From Macrostomum hystrix (Eukaryota; Animalia; Platyhelminthes), in NCBI GenBank assembly GCA_950097015.1, contig CATNEN010000001.1, forward strand, positions 17,732,001-17,796,000: a stretch of 64,000 nt of DNA. Reading direction: 5' to 3'. Position numbers and translations under genes: made by a program. Positions within the stretch are counted from its first letter, which is position 1, and every line of letters begins with the position of its first letter. Of the stretch, positions 60,337 to 64,000 are shown in pieces. Below the pieces are notes generated by a model. That model had not been told where the DNA came from and made no database searches. It saw only the letters and a list, made by a program, of their open reading frames with translations.

Positions 60337-60700
60337 ATGGCCGACTTGATGGACACGCCAGCGCCGTCCGCAGGGCTATACATGACGGTATAGCCGCCAT
60401 CATAGCCCGTGGCGGCGACGTGTGGGAGCTAATGTGGATGGCCTACCAGGCGCTCCCAATGGCCGGGATTGGCCATGCTGGTGATCGCCGAATGAGGGCA
60501 GGTTCGCTGCGATCCGAGCCACACCCGGCCTTACCATCATTGAGATGCAAGAAGGCGGCTACTATGTCCTGCAGGGCCCGCCCACGCAGCAGCGCGTTCG
60601 GGACCTGCTGGCAGCTCAGAATATCGATCTACCAAGGCCCCAAGGGTGGTGGCGGATGCAAGGTCCGGAGTCTGGCTACGCCAGGCAATCATCTATATTC
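60337..60700 (+). pseudogene. Frameshifted paralog of the 61526-61882 ORF
   Basis: Fragments AVRRAIHDGIAAIIARGGDVWEL and FAAIRATPGLTIIEMQEGGYYVLQGPPTQQRVRDLLAA align with IAAIQSTPGISVVRMEDDRVFVLRGPTTRERVRELLAA. Confidence 0.65.
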
Positions 60701-60879
60701 CGAGTGAGCTTCCCGAACACTACTTCCCTAATTCTAAATCCCTACTTCAAAATCCCCAATTTCCAATCTCTAATCCACCCGGCCGCGCTCTAGGTAAATT
60801 TTCAAGCCAGATATCCGTTTATCCCTAATTAGCCCTATGAATTCCGAAGTTCATTTTTCTCCTGCGAACATCGGTTCAC

Positions 60880-60960
60880 TATCAGCGAGGCTGTCGGCCG
60901 ATTCGTTACCGGGGTGGCCAGAGTGCCCAGGAATCCACCTTAGGGACAATTTGTTATGTG
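60880..60960 (-). pseudogene. Short LINE RNase H relic
   Basis: LSLRWIPGHSGHPGNESADSLAD. Confidence 0.75.
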
Positions 60961-61194
60961 TCCCTAAGCGGCAGTGTACACTTCGCTGTGCCTTGGAGGT
61001 TGGCCCTTGAAAGCGCAAATTGCATTTTAAATTGCTCAGGAACATTAGTGTGAGATGCAAATCTAATAACCACTCTAAATTCAAGACCAAGACATCTAAA
61101 TAATAAATTAAAAGGACCTACCAGCTATGTAGGTGGCCTTGCTGGGAGTTTTGAGCTGTGTAAAAATGACTTGTATTTTGTAGTTTTTTTTGCT

Positions 61195-62321
61195 ATATAC
61201 TGTATTGCCGATTTGGCTCTTTGCTTCTTTTCTTGCCCCCGATGGGAGTGGACCTGAGAGTTCCTTAGCTAGGTCCGACCTCAGGCCACTGCCCAGGGTC
61301 TCTCCTGGTCTTGTGCTTACCTCATTCTCTACTCTTGTCCAACCTTTCCTCTCGTCTCTCCTATCTTGACTTCGCTTCCTTTTCATTTTCCCTTCCTGTA
61401 GATATTCTCACCGTCTTTTTTATACGTGAATAAATGTGTACTGTACAATGTTTTAATTTCTTGTAACATGTTTTACGGCTTTGCGCTTTGCTGTCTGCAT
61501 ACTCCTTTAATGTAGCCGTCCTATAATGGATATTCGCGACGTCGTCCAGCGAGCCATCTCGCAGATTATCAACTCTGTTGGCGGCGTCGTCGAACTGCTC
61601 CGATTCTGTACGGCTCTCCGAGCTGTCGGTATCTCACGGGGCGAGGTGCTGGTAGCCGGCTACCCGTCCTTCATCGCTGCCATCCAGTCGACGCCTGGCA
61701 TCAGCGTCGTACGCATGGAAGACGACCGCGTCTTTGTGCTCCGAGGCCCGACAACACGTGAGCGAGTGCGTGAGTTATTGGCTGCGCCAATAAACATTGC
61801 GGACTTTTGGCTGCGCACATGGGCTGAGCGGGTCGATCGGGAAGGTGGTGGTGGTGCTAGGCCGGACCAAGGTCGGAATTAATTCGACAAATGGCAACCT
61901 AGAATTGGGGATAAATTAGGAACAGGGGTTTCAGGGAGATTAACTGACTTGGAGATGGATGGGAGCAAAATGGGGATACATTTTTAACATGGGATTGAAT
62001 TGGGGATAGTTTTTTGCTGTATACTGTATTGCCGAATTAGCTCTTCTTCTGCTTCTTTTCTTGCCCCCGATGGGAGTGGACCTGAGAGTTCCTTAGCTAG
62101 GTCCGACCTCAGGCCACTGCCCAGGGGCTCTCCTGGTCTTGTGTTTACCTCATTCTCTACTCTTGTCCAACCTTTCCTCTCGTCTCTCCTATCTTGACTT
62201 CTCTTCCTTTTCATTTTCCCTTCCTGTAGATATTCTCACCGTCTTTTTTATACGTGAATAAATGTGTACTGTACAATGTTTTAATTTCTTGTAACATGTT
62301 TTACGGCTTTGCGCTTTGCTG
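61195..62321. repeat. ~300-bp direct duplication (~61195-61494 and ~62019-62321)
   Basis: Near-identical copies ending CATGTTTTACGGCTTTGCGCTTTGCTG; a degenerate copy of this end occurs at ~60277-60310. Confidence 0.9.
61526..61882 (+). CDS. 118-aa hypothetical protein, possible LOTUS/OST-HTH-like fold
   Basis: ATG ORF, GC-richer than its flanks, with a diverged paralog 1.2 kb upstream. GYPSFIAAIQSTPGISVV resembles the LOTUS GY.S...L.S.P motif. Confidence 0.45.
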   Translation: MDIRDVVQRAISQIINSVGGVVELLRFCTALRAVGISRGEVLVAGYPSFIAAIQSTPGISVVRMEDDRVFVLRGPTTRERVRELLAAPINIADFWLRTWAERVDREGGGGARPDQGRN

Positions 62322-62544
62322 CCCGGTGGGACAACCGCGCCCAACCCGCGCCCTCCAACCAGCGCCCCGCTGTACGCCCCACTATACGCCCACCCACCGG
62401 TCACTGGTGGGAGGGCGTATAGTTTGGCCAGGCGGCGCACTGGTGGCCCACCAGTGTGGGGCGCGGGTTGGGGTGGGGGGTCGACGGGAGGTAAATAAAA
62501 TTCGGGGCATATCCTCAAAGTCTACTGTTAGTAGAAATGTTAGT

Positions 62545-62970
62545 TTGAAATCATGAAGCCAACTCAGTCGTGTAGGAAATCATTTCTAGATTGATTTTCA
62601 ATTGAATCCGACTCGATAAACTGTGCTCAAATCTATTGGGACACCGACGACAGCCATATAGTACTGACATGACTTTCCAGGTTAATAAGTTCGAGTGGAA
62701 ATCATTTGAAATCATGAAACCAACTCAGTCGTGTAGGAAATCATTTCTAGATAGATTTTCAATTGAATCCGACTCGATAAACTGTGCTCAAATCTATTGG
62801 GACACCGACGACAGCCATATAGTACTGACATAGTCAGAGTCAAGATAATATTTTCTAGGTGACTTTCCAGGTTAATAAGTTCGAGTGGAAATCATTTGAA
62901 ATCATGAAACCAACTCAGTCGTGTAGGAAATCATTTCTAGATAGATTTTCAATTGAATCCGACCCGATAA
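62545..62970. repeat. ~160-185 bp tandem repeat, about 2.6 copies
   Basis: Repeated TTTGAAATCATGAA(G/A)CCAACTCAGTCGTGTAGGAAATCATTTCTAG...GAATCCGAC. Confidence 0.9.
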
Positions 62971-63011
62971 AGTTTGGCATGCTTATAGTCACTCTTTAAC
63001 TGAGCATATAT

Positions 63012-63113
63012 ACCGATAAGCTTCTAAGTCTAAGCTTCCGATATGGGCGGCACCGGCCGCCTCCTCGCTGCGTCCGTCATGGAGGCTCCCTGCCGCTAAG
63101 TCAAGTAAGTCAA
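63012..63113 (+). mobile_element. Very short retroposed copy of the LINE 3' end
   Basis: 63039-63113 matches the LINE 3' UTR (~59179 onward) including the TAAGTCAAG tail. 10-bp TSD GAGCATATAT at 63002-63011 and 63114-63123. Confidence 0.88.
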
Positions 63114-63179
63114 GAGCATATATTGATTTAATTATTTATTTATTTAATGATTTGTATTAGTAAATTAAAAAATTTAAGC

Positions 63180-64000
63180 AATGAAATGAACCAAGTCTTG
63201 ATACAACACTGATACAACACAACAACAATGATACAACATTGATACGATACAACGATACAATGATACAACAATATATAAACATTTAAAGCTCAGTTTAATG
63301 ACAATTATCCCAGATCCTCAGTTTGGTGACAACCCCAGATCCTCAGTTTCGTGACAATCCCAGATCCTCAGTTTAATGACAATTATCCCAGATCCTCAGT
63401 TTGGTGACAATCCCAGATCCTCAGTTTGGTGACAACCCCAGATTCTCAGTTTCGTGACAACCCCAGATCCTCAGTTTCGTGACAATCCTAGATCCTCAGT
63501 TTAATGACAATTATCCCAGATCCTCAGTTTGGTGACAATCCCAGATCCTCAGTTTAATGAAATGAACTAAGCCTTGATACAACACAACAACAATGATACA
63601 ACATTGATACGATACAATGATATATAATTGTATCGACAACAATATATAAAAATTTAAAGCTCAGTTTAATGACAATTATCCCAGATCCTCAGTTTGGTGA
63701 CAATCCCAGAACCTCAGTTTGGTGACAATCCCAGATCCTCAGTTTAATGACAATTATCCCAGATGCTCAGTTTGGTGACAATCCCAGATCCTCAGTTTGG
63801 TGACAACCCCAGATTCTCAGTTTCGTGACAACCCCAGATCCTCAGTTTCGTGACAATCCCAGATCCTCAGTTTAATGACAATTATCCCAGATCCTCAGTT
63901 TGGTGACAACCCCAGATCCTCAGTTTCGTGACAATCCCAGATCCTCAGTTTAGTGACAATCCCAGATCCTCATTTTAATGACAATTATCCCAGATCCTCA
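63180..64000. repeat. Composite satellite: GATACAAC-rich block plus 25/28-bp CCCAGATCCTCAGTTT(GG/CG/AA)TGACAA units, duplicated as a higher-order unit
   Basis: The block beginning AATGAAATGAAC occurs at ~63180 and ~63556; the array runs off the window end. Confidence 0.92.

Noticed and set aside
61108-62214. Duplicated minus-strand ORFs MKRKRSQDRRDERKGW...
   Set aside because: They arise from the recent 300-bp duplication of purine-rich sequence and show no recognisable domain.

Overview
Eukaryotic (animal) genomic DNA with GT-AG introns, many minisatellites and decayed transposons. The style is consistent with a free-living flatworm such as Macrostomum, but that is inference. Host genes reconstructed by hand from splice phases: the 3' end of an adhesion/class-B-like GPCR ending in a PDZ ligand (ETSV), a standalone BPL_N/GATase-like protein, two cytidine deaminases, ORMDL, and DNAAF9/C20orf194 (17 exons, with a class A GPCR nested antisense in a 10.6-kb intron). 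A four-copy family of secreted PAN-like + LamG/ConA-like proteins has a near-identical core, unrelated signal peptides and divergent C-termini. Mobile elements: a mariner deletion derivative, a BEL/Pao LTR element, a foldback/MULE-like element, a hAT MITE, a tRNA-derived SINE, piggyBac and gypsy relics, and a LOA-like LINE interrupted by a half-inverted Tc1/IS630-like element. Most striking: (i) the mosaic lectin-like family lying among two CDA genes; (ii) a foldback insertion into a start codon whose single TIR-terminal mismatch creates a replacement in-frame ATG; (iii) a Tc1-like end joined to a TA inside its own transposase; (iv) a repeated cassette carrying LOTUS-like ORFs and a T-shaped hairpin. 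No prokaryotic features or CRISPR arrays. Family calls come from motif recognition, not database searches; minisatellite edges are approximate.
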